Below are positions 19,501 to 29,516 of a DNA stretch of 64,000 nt, piece by piece. Origin of the DNA: a virus; IMG/VR virus record IMGVR_UViG_3300040810_000656, positions 1 to 64,000 of that record. The stretch is one strand, 5' to 3'. The position numbers and the translations under genes are program-made. Under the pieces are notes generated by a model. That model had not been told where the DNA came from, searched no databases, and saw only the letters and a program-made list of their open reading frames with translations. The stretch's first letter is position 1, and every line of letters begins with the position of its first letter.

Positions 19501-22500
19501 CAATGCAGTTCAGGTTGTAGAAATTAATGATGGTGGATCTGTTGATTCTAGTACTACGCCAGTTGATGCTGGGGAGGTTATTACTAGAATAAATTCTGAG
19601 TCTAACCCATTAACCATAAAACTTTTAAGGACAGCCACCTCTCTAGGCATTAATGACAAAGACACAACTGTTCGTGGCTTTAGACAATCTGCTCCTTCAT
19701 TAGTCTTTGAGGATAATCATCTTATATGGGCTGATAATATTCTTGCATCAAGAAAAACATATCTTAATATGTTTGATGTAGACTATAGCAATAATTCTTT
19801 TACTAGATCTTCTAGAATAGATAATAATTTTGAGGATCAGATAACTACTGCTGTAGCTGGTAATGGTTTTGGTAATTATCTAAGTTACAATAATGGGATC
19901 TTATTGACAAACGCTTTAACATCTACTAATGATGCAAATCAGAATATTAGTTCCTATGTAAATATTGATAAATACGATGCGTTGTTTGTGATTCGTGCTG
20001 ATGACAACGGTTTATTTAATTTACAAAAATTAACACCGACATTTTCATCGCTGAATGAAAGATACACGTCTAAGCTATTGATAGATTATAGTGATCAATT
20101 ATTAGAGATAAACAATACTACATATGATAATAATAGATATCGTTCTCACACTTGGAATATGAGACTTGCTGGCAAATACGATGTGGCTTCAGGAAAAATT
20201 ATTCTTAAAGACCCTATAGAATATGTTCTTTTTGGCAAAGACAATTCTTATAAAGGCACAACAATTCAGCCTGTTTCTTACCCCAAGACTATTAATCCAT
20301 ATTTTGGATATACGGAAATATTTCAAGACGATACAGTATATTATGACTATAATTTAAGCACAAATAATGTTCGTGCAAGAGATGCCGCTTTATGGTCTGT
20401 TGATGGTTTAAACGACTTGACTAATACATATAACATAACAAGAACTCCTGTCTTCTTTTTAAGTTTACCAAATCAGTCCGTAGATTCGTATGGCAATCTT
20501 ACTATTTCATTTACCAAAGAATCTATTGGTAGAACTTTGGCTTCTTATTGGAATTTAGATTCTTTTGCATACACTAATATTCAAGATAATACCGCTTCAT
20601 TAGTGCCAAAGTTAATATTTTATAAAAAAGACCCGAGAACTATGATAGTTCCCAATGGGCCGTGCTGGACTGATACTAATACTTCTGGTGCAGCTTCTTA
20701 CACAGATGGCATGTATGATTATACTTGGTCTACGTTTAGTACCGCCGATGCACAGAAAATGCAGTCTGTAGCAACGCCCCCTCTTTTTAGAGGTGGGGCA
20801 AACGACTTGTTTCATTACTATAGCCACCCGCGAACAGTACCAGCATTATTAGACTCAGAGGTAAATGCAACTTATGATTATACATATGCTAGAACTTATT
20901 TTAATGGTGAAAAAAATCTTGGCGAATTTTTTGACCTAACATACAATCAGCTAGGAAACACAAACAAGGGTGTAATTACATGGTTCGCAAATGATGTTAG
21001 AGACTATTATTCTAGAGTAAATGGCATTTCTACTGAGATAGCGGATCAGTATGGTCAAATATTTCCAAACTATACTAATAATGGTAATGTTTATTCTTTT
21101 ACTATTCCTTTTTCTGTTTGGAGTAAATATGTTGTTGATAATAATCTAATAAAATCTGCTTCTGATAATCGCCCTATATTTAATGACTCTACAAGAATCA
21201 AACATGGAAACAACGGTAATTCCATAGAGCCAAGTAACGGCACATGGGACTATACATATGATGATGTAAATAGGTCTTCTTATTCTGCATCCCATATAAA
21301 CTCTAATATAAGCTTGATACTTGGTTTTGTTTTTACTCGCAATAATGATATTACGCCAGAAGGCATAGAAAGCCTCGATACATCAAATACATCTTATGTT
21401 ATGAGGCAAATGTTTGATGTTACAAGAGGTAGATTAAGATGGGATAATAGGTATTCTTATACTAGCCTGTTTGGTAAAACCGTAGTGTCCGATAGCTCTA
21501 AAAATTTTAGTGATAGAAGCGAAGTAAATAATATTGATTTTGATACAACCATGCTTAATATGTCATTTAAATTAAGAGTGACAACATCATCCAAAAAGAG
21601 ATATAATGCAAAGTTTCACAAGATTGCTTATTATGAATATAATCAAGAAGCGTACAGCGACACACAGAGGCATCTTTTAGAAACTAACACCTCTGACTTA
21701 GAGAGATACGCTTTTGGCAAATATTCATTTACTCCATTGCCTGTTGGTGCGACAAGAAATACAAACGTGAATAACAATAGTGTACAATCTGTCTCAAAAA
21801 ACCCTATTATTAGACTTGGTAAATCTAATGATAGCACTGAGATATCATCTGGCAATAGTGGGACATTTTCAAAATCTATTCAGGTATTAACCTCAGATAG
21901 TGTAGGTGGTACTAATTCTATTGATACGTCTTTTTATGCATATAACGACGCTATACATAACAGTCTTTTGCCTTCTGGGTATTCTTTAGAAACAGCTTAT
22001 TTTTCTAATAGGGCCATGCTTGGGGGTTTTGATATCGAAGAACCAGAAGCTTTATCTTTGCATATTTCTGCTATTGAGCCAGCGAAAGAATTTATTCCAC
22101 TATACATTAAGTTTCAGCAGGCATCTGGAGAGTTGCCACTTGCTATGCCAGTGTATGGCGTTGAGACAAATGATACATCTCTTGTGGTAAAGGCTGATAA
22201 TAAAGTGGCTCAAGTTGCAGATCTTTCCGTAGCAGGGGTTGTTGGACTTAATGGTAATACAACTTTATATGTAAGAAATGATTTCATTACTCCAGACACT
22301 AAAAATATGCCTCTTAATCTATATGGAACTATTAATCCAGAGACAAGAGCTGGAGCTTATCTACATATTGGCAAAGAGGTTTTCAATAATAATAGTGCTC
22401 CATTATATATTCAAAGTGTTTATGTTACTCCAGGTTATACATTAGATAGCTCTATTTCTACTTTAGCTATTTCAGGTCTTCCTCCAAATGGTGCTAAAAG

Positions 22501-22918
22501 AATTGGCACAGGTGGAAATCTTCATATTACTGGACCAGACAGATATGTAATGAATAGCGGGGTTTCGTTGTTTATAACAACCCCAATTCCGCCGATTGGT
22601 ACTGGCGGTGGATATCTTGGTTCCGGTCTTACAACGCTTTTTATTGATTCTAATAATGATGCAGGATATGGGATTCCAAGCGAAAAAAATATTAGCACAT
22701 TTATTGAAGGCGTGGTTGGAGTAACTGGAGCTATGCCTTTATATATTGAAAGAGCTTTTGCAAATGGCATCTCTTTAGCTATCAAGAATCAAAATCCTAC
22801 TGGCGTTATGCCGATTGCTATTAGTGGGGCTTTTATTGCTTCTGGAGACATGTCGTTAACGATTACACCTCCAACAGCAAAAGATATATCTTTGTTTACT
22901 AGAGGATACATAGAATAA
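16550..22918 (+). CDS. very large tail tip/fibre protein (FG-GAP-like propeller motifs, E1-FCCH-like domain, C-terminal beta repeats)
   Basis: 2122 aa directly after TMP; ITSPGHTLATNDIIKI..LNG..VKVIDSDTIDL; RFGAGIDI, SFGKSIAI, GFGNYLSY; C-terminal xLxIxG repeats. Confidence 0.65.
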   Translation: MVQDYFKYDKIQGGAPLSIKTDVNTKAMPLGIRSRAEGIKHFTNWDNIANSIDAKSTLRFEDSQPNKLFYKTNRTVANSYNQLITDDGINPWTPKPTAAPAGQETEFTDEWSVEDIKILDDIAVVSYPDYTDIQRTEVGFNVQLVQPTSRTVVGTYSEENTTFSYYGGLCFYTDELPLMHEIFGKGSGYGTAYAHATTNNLETDDPESAYQIHCDNKFYNFENTILRVNISDDSITGQPGRVLYFLYGGASPCNMPDQQGGGDFAFDDFRFSRLSNTQYSTINEFADYAYSWHQFEDGDFAGYFYLITESRGSDTTERSPSGNTHIQLFVNNNVLTEAWGNYTIKYTYSSVGDTTITYGYVPCGNTSQATFIKFTPVRRCGKVELYTKKSGIITAAVDNRITSPGHTLATNDIIKITSALWDGTQSNEGDRHPLNGNKFVKVIDSDTIDLYDDQYFGDPVSTAKLKSTDGIAWVCVGSSNSNEAQSWKYNQTLLSPTGRNGYSSGATNTFSTTTRYGQAYLSGENSQIDIDNNSLYLDFSVFNDYISSDDPLYENNHWGFLRSYDGALLQSNATRFGNIIKDFLDNTPVKNLGVSALDTFNKGPQDFYPFNANNFNDTNSPVYNGTRFGAGIDIKYSHDSGTSKVYTLAISEPGSDVSVDMFGLADSTEYSQDGSIPHWLYTEETLGFRSIGNVFRKRLFPYYMPYGKVHVFSVTVDRYGRISNVSHQNTVFGDGSSLNNNAGNEEHPWATFMDDLVRSYNYTGVDSNTGRRQAQSWSYNDAIDTTYTSATNGSKASFIKMETIAPFFEVLPNNTSLYWDRAGIANWFGPDEYDYFTNENFISGDKIRSISVTRNYANINGTSILSSRFGNNTGTACIDRFNDSETLTGSQFYVMPWVDSFGKSIAISNTNTSGEISIFGSASVRSNIDYRTVSRDRSGISGAYGDVAMRPVYADNAGVDVDEDDHISQVGQISCVVVDKDSSYNAVQVVEINDGGSVDSSTTPVDAGEVITRINSESNPLTIKLLRTATSLGINDKDTTVRGFRQSAPSLVFEDNHLIWADNILASRKTYLNMFDVDYSNNSFTRSSRIDNNFEDQITTAVAGNGFGNYLSYNNGILLTNALTSTNDANQNISSYVNIDKYDALFVIRADDNGLFNLQKLTPTFSSLNERYTSKLLIDYSDQLLEINNTTYDNNRYRSHTWNMRLAGKYDVASGKIILKDPIEYVLFGKDNSYKGTTIQPVSYPKTINPYFGYTEIFQDDTVYYDYNLSTNNVRARDAALWSVDGLNDLTNTYNITRTPVFFLSLPNQSVDSYGNLTISFTKESIGRTLASYWNLDSFAYTNIQDNTASLVPKLIFYKKDPRTMIVPNGPCWTDTNTSGAASYTDGMYDYTWSTFSTADAQKMQSVATPPLFRGGANDLFHYYSHPRTVPALLDSEVNATYDYTYARTYFNGEKNLGEFFDLTYNQLGNTNKGVITWFANDVRDYYSRVNGISTEIADQYGQIFPNYTNNGNVYSFTIPFSVWSKYVVDNNLIKSASDNRPIFNDSTRIKHGNNGNSIEPSNGTWDYTYDDVNRSSYSASHINSNISLILGFVFTRNNDITPEGIESLDTSNTSYVMRQMFDVTRGRLRWDNRYSYTSLFGKTVVSDSSKNFSDRSEVNNIDFDTTMLNMSFKLRVTTSSKKRYNAKFHKIAYYEYNQEAYSDTQRHLLETNTSDLERYAFGKYSFTPLPVGATRNTNVNNNSVQSVSKNPIIRLGKSNDSTEISSGNSGTFSKSIQVLTSDSVGGTNSIDTSFYAYNDAIHNSLLPSGYSLETAYFSNRAMLGGFDIEEPEALSLHISAIEPAKEFIPLYIKFQQASGELPLAMPVYGVETNDTSLVVKADNKVAQVADLSVAGVVGLNGNTTLYVRNDFITPDTKNMPLNLYGTINPETRAGAYLHIGKEVFNNNSAPLYIQSVYVTPGYTLDSSISTLAISGLPPNGAKRIGTGGNLHITGPDRYVMNSGVSLFITTPIPPIGTGGGYLGSGLTTLFIDSNNDAGYGIPSEKNISTFIEGVVGVTGAMPLYIERAFANGISLAIKNQNPTGVMPIAISGAFIASGDMSLTITPPTAKDISLFTRGYIE

Positions 22919-24549
22919 TGGCTATTACTTTTACATCATATGATACAGGAATTAGGTTTTTGATTGGTGGTCAAAGCGTGACCACTGGTACTGATGATGG
23001 TAATATTGGTACAATGCCTACATTTTCTATCACTAGGAATGAAACACTATTAGCAGACGGAACATATGTTGGTAGCGTGTTCGATATTAACATTACCGGA
23101 ACAGCTAGAACAGTTGGCAATCTAGATATTTCCACTAAAGGTGCTAGTCAAACAGCTATTCAAGAGTTAGCTCTTAAAGATTTGCAATTCAATAAGGCTG
23201 CTCAAATGTTTGGCAACGGCAAGCTAGAGATTTCTCCATATGGAGGTATGCCAAACACAATATCATTTGATGATGCTAGAATTATAAATATTGAAATACC
23301 AGAACAAGACGAAAATAGTTCTGGGACTCAATATCTCCAATATACTTTTAATTTTCAGGCTACGGTAGATAGTAGTGTTACAAATAATAGCAATTGGGGA
23401 CTAAATGTTGTTGGCCCAACATATAAACTAAAAACAGCTTCAGAAAACTGGGACTTAGCTGAGTCTCAAGAATTTTCTTATGCTAATGGCGTTATTTCAA
23501 ACGAAGACAACAAATATAAGACATACACCCTTACTCATACTATATCGGCACAAGGCATTAGAAAATATAGTGGAACACAGCTAGATCCTGATAATGGCCA
23601 TGCATGGAGACAGGCTGCTGGATGGGTTAAGTCTAGATTAGATGTTTCTAGCGACCCAAGCACAACAATTAATGAAGACTTGATGGGGAACGATAGTGCG
23701 GAAATTAAAGCTAAATTCAATGCTTTTTACATGAACAAGAGTGGCGTTACCGCGATTAAAAATCTTAGCAGCGACGGATATGTTGCTAAAAACAAAACAC
23801 GAACAATTAATAGTGATATCTCTAATGGTAGTTATTCTATAACCGACGCATGGCTTGTCACCCAAGGAAATATTAATGCGACACATACTATTGAGGTTTC
23901 GATTGATAACTCAATTTCAGACGAAAAGATTACTATCACAGCCAATGGAACAGTTAATGGCTTATCTACAGTAGATGTTGACGATCAAAATACCGACAAA
24001 TACACCAATGCATTAACAGAATATAATAAGTTTTTTACTAGTGCTAGCTCATTAAATCAGACACAGATGGGTCTTGTTGCTTCTCAGTCATATTCTAAGT
24101 TTAGTGCCGTTGGTCAAAAGACAGGACGGCCTTTAACAGCTCAATCCATATCAGAAAGCCACGATAAAGTTAATGGCACAATTAGTTGGAACGTATCATT
24201 TTCAGATCAATACATTGGATATGAAGGTGCATCGTCTCAGAAAATTACTTATTCTTATACTAATGATCATTATTTAAGGAATCTTACTCAAAAACCTTCT
24301 GTAATTGAAGTAATAAGCAATGGACCTTTGATATATACTCCTGGCACTACAGATGAAAAAACTATGACCGTGAGTGTAGATTTAACTATGACAAGAGACT
24401 ATCGAAATGCAGTACCAAATGGTATATCTTTGGTTGATACTTCTACTGTTGTAAGTCAGTACTTTGGACCGATAGAAACAAACAGATCAGAAAGTTGGAA
24501 CCCGACTACTGGTGTGTATAATCTATCAGTGACATATACATACGCTTAA
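22918..24549 (+). CDS. tail tip/baseplate protein, paralog A
   Basis: 543 aa, beta-rich; colinear with 24562..26145. Confidence 0.6.
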   Translation: MAITFTSYDTGIRFLIGGQSVTTGTDDGNIGTMPTFSITRNETLLADGTYVGSVFDINITGTARTVGNLDISTKGASQTAIQELALKDLQFNKAAQMFGNGKLEISPYGGMPNTISFDDARIINIEIPEQDENSSGTQYLQYTFNFQATVDSSVTNNSNWGLNVVGPTYKLKTASENWDLAESQEFSYANGVISNEDNKYKTYTLTHTISAQGIRKYSGTQLDPDNGHAWRQAAGWVKSRLDVSSDPSTTINEDLMGNDSAEIKAKFNAFYMNKSGVTAIKNLSSDGYVAKNKTRTINSDISNGSYSITDAWLVTQGNINATHTIEVSIDNSISDEKITITANGTVNGLSTVDVDDQNTDKYTNALTEYNKFFTSASSLNQTQMGLVASQSYSKFSAVGQKTGRPLTAQSISESHDKVNGTISWNVSFSDQYIGYEGASSQKITYSYTNDHYLRNLTQKPSVIEVISNGPLIYTPGTTDEKTMTVSVDLTMTRDYRNAVPNGISLVDTSTVVSQYFGPIETNRSESWNPTTGVYNLSVTYTYA

Positions 24550-24561
24550 AGGATTTAGGAC

Positions 24562-26145
24562 ATGGCAATAACATTTACTTCTCATAACCCCGATGCCGCT
24601 GGAGAGCTAGTAATTGGCGGCGTAGATTCTTCTGGTCAATTAGGGGGATATGGTCCATTTCCAACATATTCTATCTCTAGAGAAGAGATATATTCTGGAG
24701 ATGACACGTATCTAAATACTAGATATACAATTAGTATAAATGGTTCTGCAACAATAAAACCAGCAGATAGTGCGAACGCGATGATCAAAGGACAAAGGCA
24801 GTCTCGTGTTCAAGGTGAAGCAATTATTAAATTACAGTTTAATAGAGACACATTTCCTATGGTTGGCAATGGAACCTTATCTATAGAGTCTTATGATGGC
24901 GGCTCTAATATTGAGTTTAAAGATGCTAGATTAACATCTGTATCTACTCCTAATGGAGAGTTAACGTCAAGCGTAAACTATCAGCAATATTCATTTACGT
25001 TTGAGGCTTATAATATTAATGATCATGGTTTGCCAACTTATATTTTAGACTCTGTAGAAGAATCTTGGAATTTGTCTGTAAATGACGGCCAATTTGCTTT
25101 TAGTGGCAGCGATATTAAACAATTGCCTTTAAAAACTTTTACATTAACGCATACATTATCTGCCACAGGTAAACAAAAACCAGGGTCTACTGAAGCAGAA
25201 GCATGGAGACAGGCGGCTCAATGGGTTCAATCTAGGCTAGTGAATTATCCTACGACAAACGCTGTTACAAGTCACGTAAATAACGCAGCAGACGGTCCTG
25301 AATTTGTTCCTTTTTATATGAATTCTGAATCTAATAAGGACGATCTAAAATTAAATGCTGAAACTAAAAATGGAATAGTATGGCGTACTTATAATCCCAA
25401 TAGGGCACCTAGCATCAGTATTTCTGATGGAACATACTCTGTTACTGATACATGGGTTGTTGCCCCAATAAACTCAAAAGCTTTACATACTTTAAACGCA
25501 GAAGTTAATGCAGATTTTAACGCTACTTCGACTGTTGTTTCAGTCAATGGCCAGATCCAAGGTCTTAATAGTTACTTATTAAACAGCGGAAATGACAATA
25601 AAAATAACGCCTATGAAAATGCTTTGGCGGAATATAATATTATGAAGGATTACATATATCCTGCCGCTTTAAATACTTTTAATAATCTTCAAGATTTAGT
25701 TGACGATAAGACATATCCTTTGCGACCAAACCCTATTTCTAGGAGCGTGGGCGATAATAAGACTGCCGGATTGATAACATGGAGTGAGACTTATAATAAT
25801 GATCAAATTATTGGGAATTCAGATTGTATTATGTCGCAGCAGATTTCTTTGAATTATTCTAACAGACAACAAAACGTTGCAAAAATAGCAATTATTCCCG
25901 TTATAGGCAAATCAGATGGACCCATATTTCAAACATTTAATACAGAAGTAATCAGGAATTTATCTTTGACAATAGATGTTGTTGTAAAGCCAGGAAATTG
26001 TAGAAATCTATCTAGCGTGTCTCAAATTGTAGATTCTATAGCGGCAATTTATAAGCCAGAAAATTCATATGTCTCTAGTAGAAGTTCTAATTATGATCCA
26101 GCGGCGGGTTCATACAGTCTTTCATTGGAGTGGCAATATAAATGA
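24562..26145 (+). CDS. tail tip/baseplate protein, paralog B
   Basis: 527 aa; shares MAITFTS, TLTHTxSAxG, AWRQAAxWVxSRL, FYMN, YxNALxEYN with paralog A. Confidence 0.6.
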   Translation: MAITFTSHNPDAAGELVIGGVDSSGQLGGYGPFPTYSISREEIYSGDDTYLNTRYTISINGSATIKPADSANAMIKGQRQSRVQGEAIIKLQFNRDTFPMVGNGTLSIESYDGGSNIEFKDARLTSVSTPNGELTSSVNYQQYSFTFEAYNINDHGLPTYILDSVEESWNLSVNDGQFAFSGSDIKQLPLKTFTLTHTLSATGKQKPGSTEAEAWRQAAQWVQSRLVNYPTTNAVTSHVNNAADGPEFVPFYMNSESNKDDLKLNAETKNGIVWRTYNPNRAPSISISDGTYSVTDTWVVAPINSKALHTLNAEVNADFNATSTVVSVNGQIQGLNSYLLNSGNDNKNNAYENALAEYNIMKDYIYPAALNTFNNLQDLVDDKTYPLRPNPISRSVGDNKTAGLITWSETYNNDQIIGNSDCIMSQQISLNYSNRQQNVAKIAIIPVIGKSDGPIFQTFNTEVIRNLSLTIDVVVKPGNCRNLSSVSQIVDSIAAIYKPENSYVSSRSSNYDPAAGSYSLSLEWQYK

Positions 26146-28601
26146 GTGTAACATTTTTCAACGCATATATTCAGAACATAAGTGTGAGCCTGTCGTGGGG
26201 AAGCGGTGCCTCATGTCAATTGTCTTTAGTTGAAGATCCAGACAACGGATACGAACTAAATGCTCCTCCTATTGGCTCTCCTGTTGGTTTAAATATTGGT
26301 CAATTTTATTTTGGTGGTATTTACCAGCGTGGATCATACAAAGAATCTGTAGGCGGTAGAACCTTTGAGGTTGTGATTGAGGCACCGAATAAATATTTGG
26401 ATGGCATACAAATTATATTGTCAGATTTTAACGGACAACTTTATAACGATGCAACAAAATACAGCCCAGGAACAGGTCCAACTTTTCTAGGTTCGACATT
26501 GGCAAACGTATGGAATCCGTTCGCTCATAGAGAAAACTATAAATATGGCGGCATTTATGGTGGATCAAACATTAATAGTAATGGATTTCCTGTTCTTGAT
26601 GCACTTCAATTAATTGAATTAATTTCTCGTGGAGAATCTATCTTTGGTGGCCCTGCTACATTTGGAGGATTTTTATACTATGTTAATTTAGGTTCTTTAA
26701 TTGGTGCTTTGAGCGGTTCAAATTATAGACTACAAGGGCCAGTGCAAAATTTAACTTCTATCATTGATGAGTGTGCTGAATTAGCTGGCTTAGAATATTA
26801 TTCTGAGGTTCAAGGTGATGGTCTTGATAGTCAAAATGTTATAATTAACCCTTATTTAAATATAAGAACTATATCTCGTGGATATCAACCAAATCCTGGT
26901 GCTGTCACAGAATTAATTAACAACGCAGACAGTCAGGGAAATTTAATATCTAGGAACGTAGGTCATGAATGGTCTGTTCCTACTACTCAAAAACTAGTTC
27001 TTGGCGGTAAAGGCAGCCGACTGCTGATTCAGGGCGTCGAGACTACTGTCCCTGTTTGGGGTAAACAGCAAAACAATATGTTTGTATATTCTCCTGATCC
27101 AACTTTAAATGTATATCAAACGCCTGGATATACGGTTCCTGTGTATTTAGATAAGTTTGATACTTCTCAGATATATTTTGCTTCAATTTTTGAGTTAAGA
27201 ATGGCAAGTGGGAGCAGAGAAACATGGGAAAGCTGGAAGACTTTTGAAACTTTATTTGGCGTAGAAAGAAATGGCTACAATAATTTTGCTTCTGCTCCGT
27301 GGTATGGTAAAATAAAAATATCAACAGAGTATTTAGCCAAGATACTAAATCAGCCTACATTTCAATCTGTTTCTGCTGATTGGGAGCAGACCGGATGGGA
27401 TTACATAACAAAAAGAATTAGCGGTGCTTTAAATGAACAATCCGACAAAATATGGTCAGCGGTTAATGAAGTAGCAAGTAACTTTTATGGTCAATCCTTT
27501 TTAATGCAAATTAAGACATATGAACCTGGAGGTATTTCTAATAATTTAAAATGGATACAAGATGATGTTCAAGTTGAACATGCTTGGGAGATAGCTGATT
27601 CTGCCTGGGTAGAAACCCCATTATTTGCAGATTTAAATTTTTATGACGGAGAAGGAAGAACTAAGGGTGGATGTGCATGGCCCTCTAATCCTAATATGGA
27701 TTTTAGTTCCCTTGGTAGTGATTGGGCATTTACTCTTGATGGGGGAATTGCTACTTTTAAAGGAGGACCAGAAAAAGATATTTATTGGATAGATAATCTA
27801 CCATATGTTATTGTTAACAGCGGTGGACAAGTAAAATATTATGATGCATTGACAACTCCCGATTTTGGTTTGAGTGTCATGTTTTGGATGTTTACTGGAA
27901 TATGGTTAAATCCAGCAATATATTTAAGTGGGGCGGCTGGTCAAAATGTTCAAATTGCCATTCCTCCAGCAGTAGTTCCTCCAACAAGCTTTGGTGTTCC
28001 GCAAGAAAGTAATAGATATGTTTGGGGTCCGTGGTACGCATGGCGTGGTGGAAACCCTGGTAAAACAGATGTTGTGTTTGATGAGAGCTTGAGGCCAGAA
28101 GTTTTTGGTTCTTCTGCCCTTTTAGATCAAGCCGCTTTTTCTAAGGCCGCTACTGGTTTAGCACAGGCGTCAATAAATGAAACCGGCAGTGTAGAATTGG
28201 CAGGATTACCTGACTACAATCTAGCAAATCAATTTGGTGGTGGCGGCCCATATATTAATGGAATGAATATTAGTATTGGTGTTGGTGGAATTACGACAAC
28301 CTACCAATTTCAAAATTGGACGCCCAAATTTGGTCAGTTGTCTCAAACAAACATAGAAAGAATCAAGCAAGTTAGAAAAGGTATGTTAGCATTTGCACAA
28401 AATAAACGCTCTCAAATAGTAAGAAAGCCTTTACCGCAAATTCAACAAAGGTCTAGATTTGATGAGCTAACGGAAAAATATTCAAGAATTAGCACAACTA
28501 TGGTTAGCGTTGGGTTTGGTGCTTCTATAGACGCCAATCTTTTACAGGGACAGACTCCTGGTAATTTACCTTCTAGAACTAATCAGCCACCGCCACAGTA
28601 A
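26142..28601 (+). CDS. putative baseplate hub/tail-associated protein
   Basis: 819 aa; hub-like N-terminus (SVSLSWG..CQLSLVED..FYFGGI) and C-terminus (INGMNISIGVGGITTTYQF); tail context. Confidence 0.5.
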   Translation: MSVTFFNAYIQNISVSLSWGSGASCQLSLVEDPDNGYELNAPPIGSPVGLNIGQFYFGGIYQRGSYKESVGGRTFEVVIEAPNKYLDGIQIILSDFNGQLYNDATKYSPGTGPTFLGSTLANVWNPFAHRENYKYGGIYGGSNINSNGFPVLDALQLIELISRGESIFGGPATFGGFLYYVNLGSLIGALSGSNYRLQGPVQNLTSIIDECAELAGLEYYSEVQGDGLDSQNVIINPYLNIRTISRGYQPNPGAVTELINNADSQGNLISRNVGHEWSVPTTQKLVLGGKGSRLLIQGVETTVPVWGKQQNNMFVYSPDPTLNVYQTPGYTVPVYLDKFDTSQIYFASIFELRMASGSRETWESWKTFETLFGVERNGYNNFASAPWYGKIKISTEYLAKILNQPTFQSVSADWEQTGWDYITKRISGALNEQSDKIWSAVNEVASNFYGQSFLMQIKTYEPGGISNNLKWIQDDVQVEHAWEIADSAWVETPLFADLNFYDGEGRTKGGCAWPSNPNMDFSSLGSDWAFTLDGGIATFKGGPEKDIYWIDNLPYVIVNSGGQVKYYDALTTPDFGLSVMFWMFTGIWLNPAIYLSGAAGQNVQIAIPPAVVPPTSFGVPQESNRYVWGPWYAWRGGNPGKTDVVFDESLRPEVFGSSALLDQAAFSKAATGLAQASINETGSVELAGLPDYNLANQFGGGGPYINGMNISIGVGGITTTYQFQNWTPKFGQLSQTNIERIKQVRKGMLAFAQNKRSQIVRKPLPQIQQRSRFDELTEKYSRISTTMVSVGFGASIDANLLQGQTPGNLPSRTNQPPPQ

Positions 28602-28611
28602 GGACTAAAAT

Positions 28612-29505
28612 ATGGCTAATAAAAGAGTAGAATCTGGCATGGGAAAAGCTGATGATATTACAGCGTCAGCTTATAGAAATTTTAATAATTCTTCTACATG
28701 TTCTTTTGAGCAAATTTTTACACCAATATTTACAGAAAAAAACAAAAGTTCCTCAACTCCAACTCCAGGGTTTCGCGTACCGTCTACTGAAAGTGCTGCA
28801 AACAATACTCCTGCTGGAGGTGGAGACGCTTGGCCTTATGGAAATAACAATGCAGGAAATTGTGGCCCTACCGTTCAAGAATTAGACCCATATTTTCCTA
28901 ATATTTTTGGGCAGCCTAATACAGGTTATTTAATTGAAAACTGTGACTATGTAAATGTATTTGCTCAACCTGGAGAAGATTTTAATTTACAAAAGAATAA
29001 TAAAAGGAATGAAATAGAAAATGTACGTACTGTTGGTTTTAGGTCGCCAATGATGTTATCTGGGTGGGGTTTTGATATGGCAAAGTTGCCAGTTCCTTAT
29101 ACATCTTCAGATCCTAATAATTTTGATCCAGAGCTTGTAAGAGATAGAACGCTATGGAAAAGCGGACCTCTTCATGTGCCGTGGGATGAAGAAAGACAAG
29201 TATGGAATGCCGCCGGTCCTGATATAATCGTTGGAATTCTACCAGAAGGAGAAGGTATTACAGCACCATCAACACCAACAGAATTTACAGCTTTTAATAT
29301 TAAGTGTTTCTTTTTTGACAGAGAAAATATTATAGTTAGAAGCGGACACGCATCAGGTATGCAGATATCCAGCAATAGATGGCTACAAGTTATAAATAGA
29401 GATCCCAGCTTATCTGTTCCAGCGTCTCACACAGAAGACATACTAGTAATAGCAATAAGAGTTAATTATGAGTTTTTACCAATATATGTTGGTTGTCCAG
29501 ATTAA
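28612..29505 (+). CDS. hypothetical tail-region protein
   Basis: 297 aa; RSPMMLSGWGFD, WKSGPLHVPWDEERQVW; AAGGA RBS. Confidence 0.6.
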   Translation: MANKRVESGMGKADDITASAYRNFNNSSTCSFEQIFTPIFTEKNKSSSTPTPGFRVPSTESAANNTPAGGGDAWPYGNNNAGNCGPTVQELDPYFPNIFGQPNTGYLIENCDYVNVFAQPGEDFNLQKNNKRNEIENVRTVGFRSPMMLSGWGFDMAKLPVPYTSSDPNNFDPELVRDRTLWKSGPLHVPWDEERQVWNAAGPDIIVGILPEGEGITAPSTPTEFTAFNIKCFFFDRENIIVRSGHASGMQISSNRWLQVINRDPSLSVPASHTEDILVIAIRVNYEFLPIYVGCPD

Positions 29506-29516
29506 GGATTTATGAC

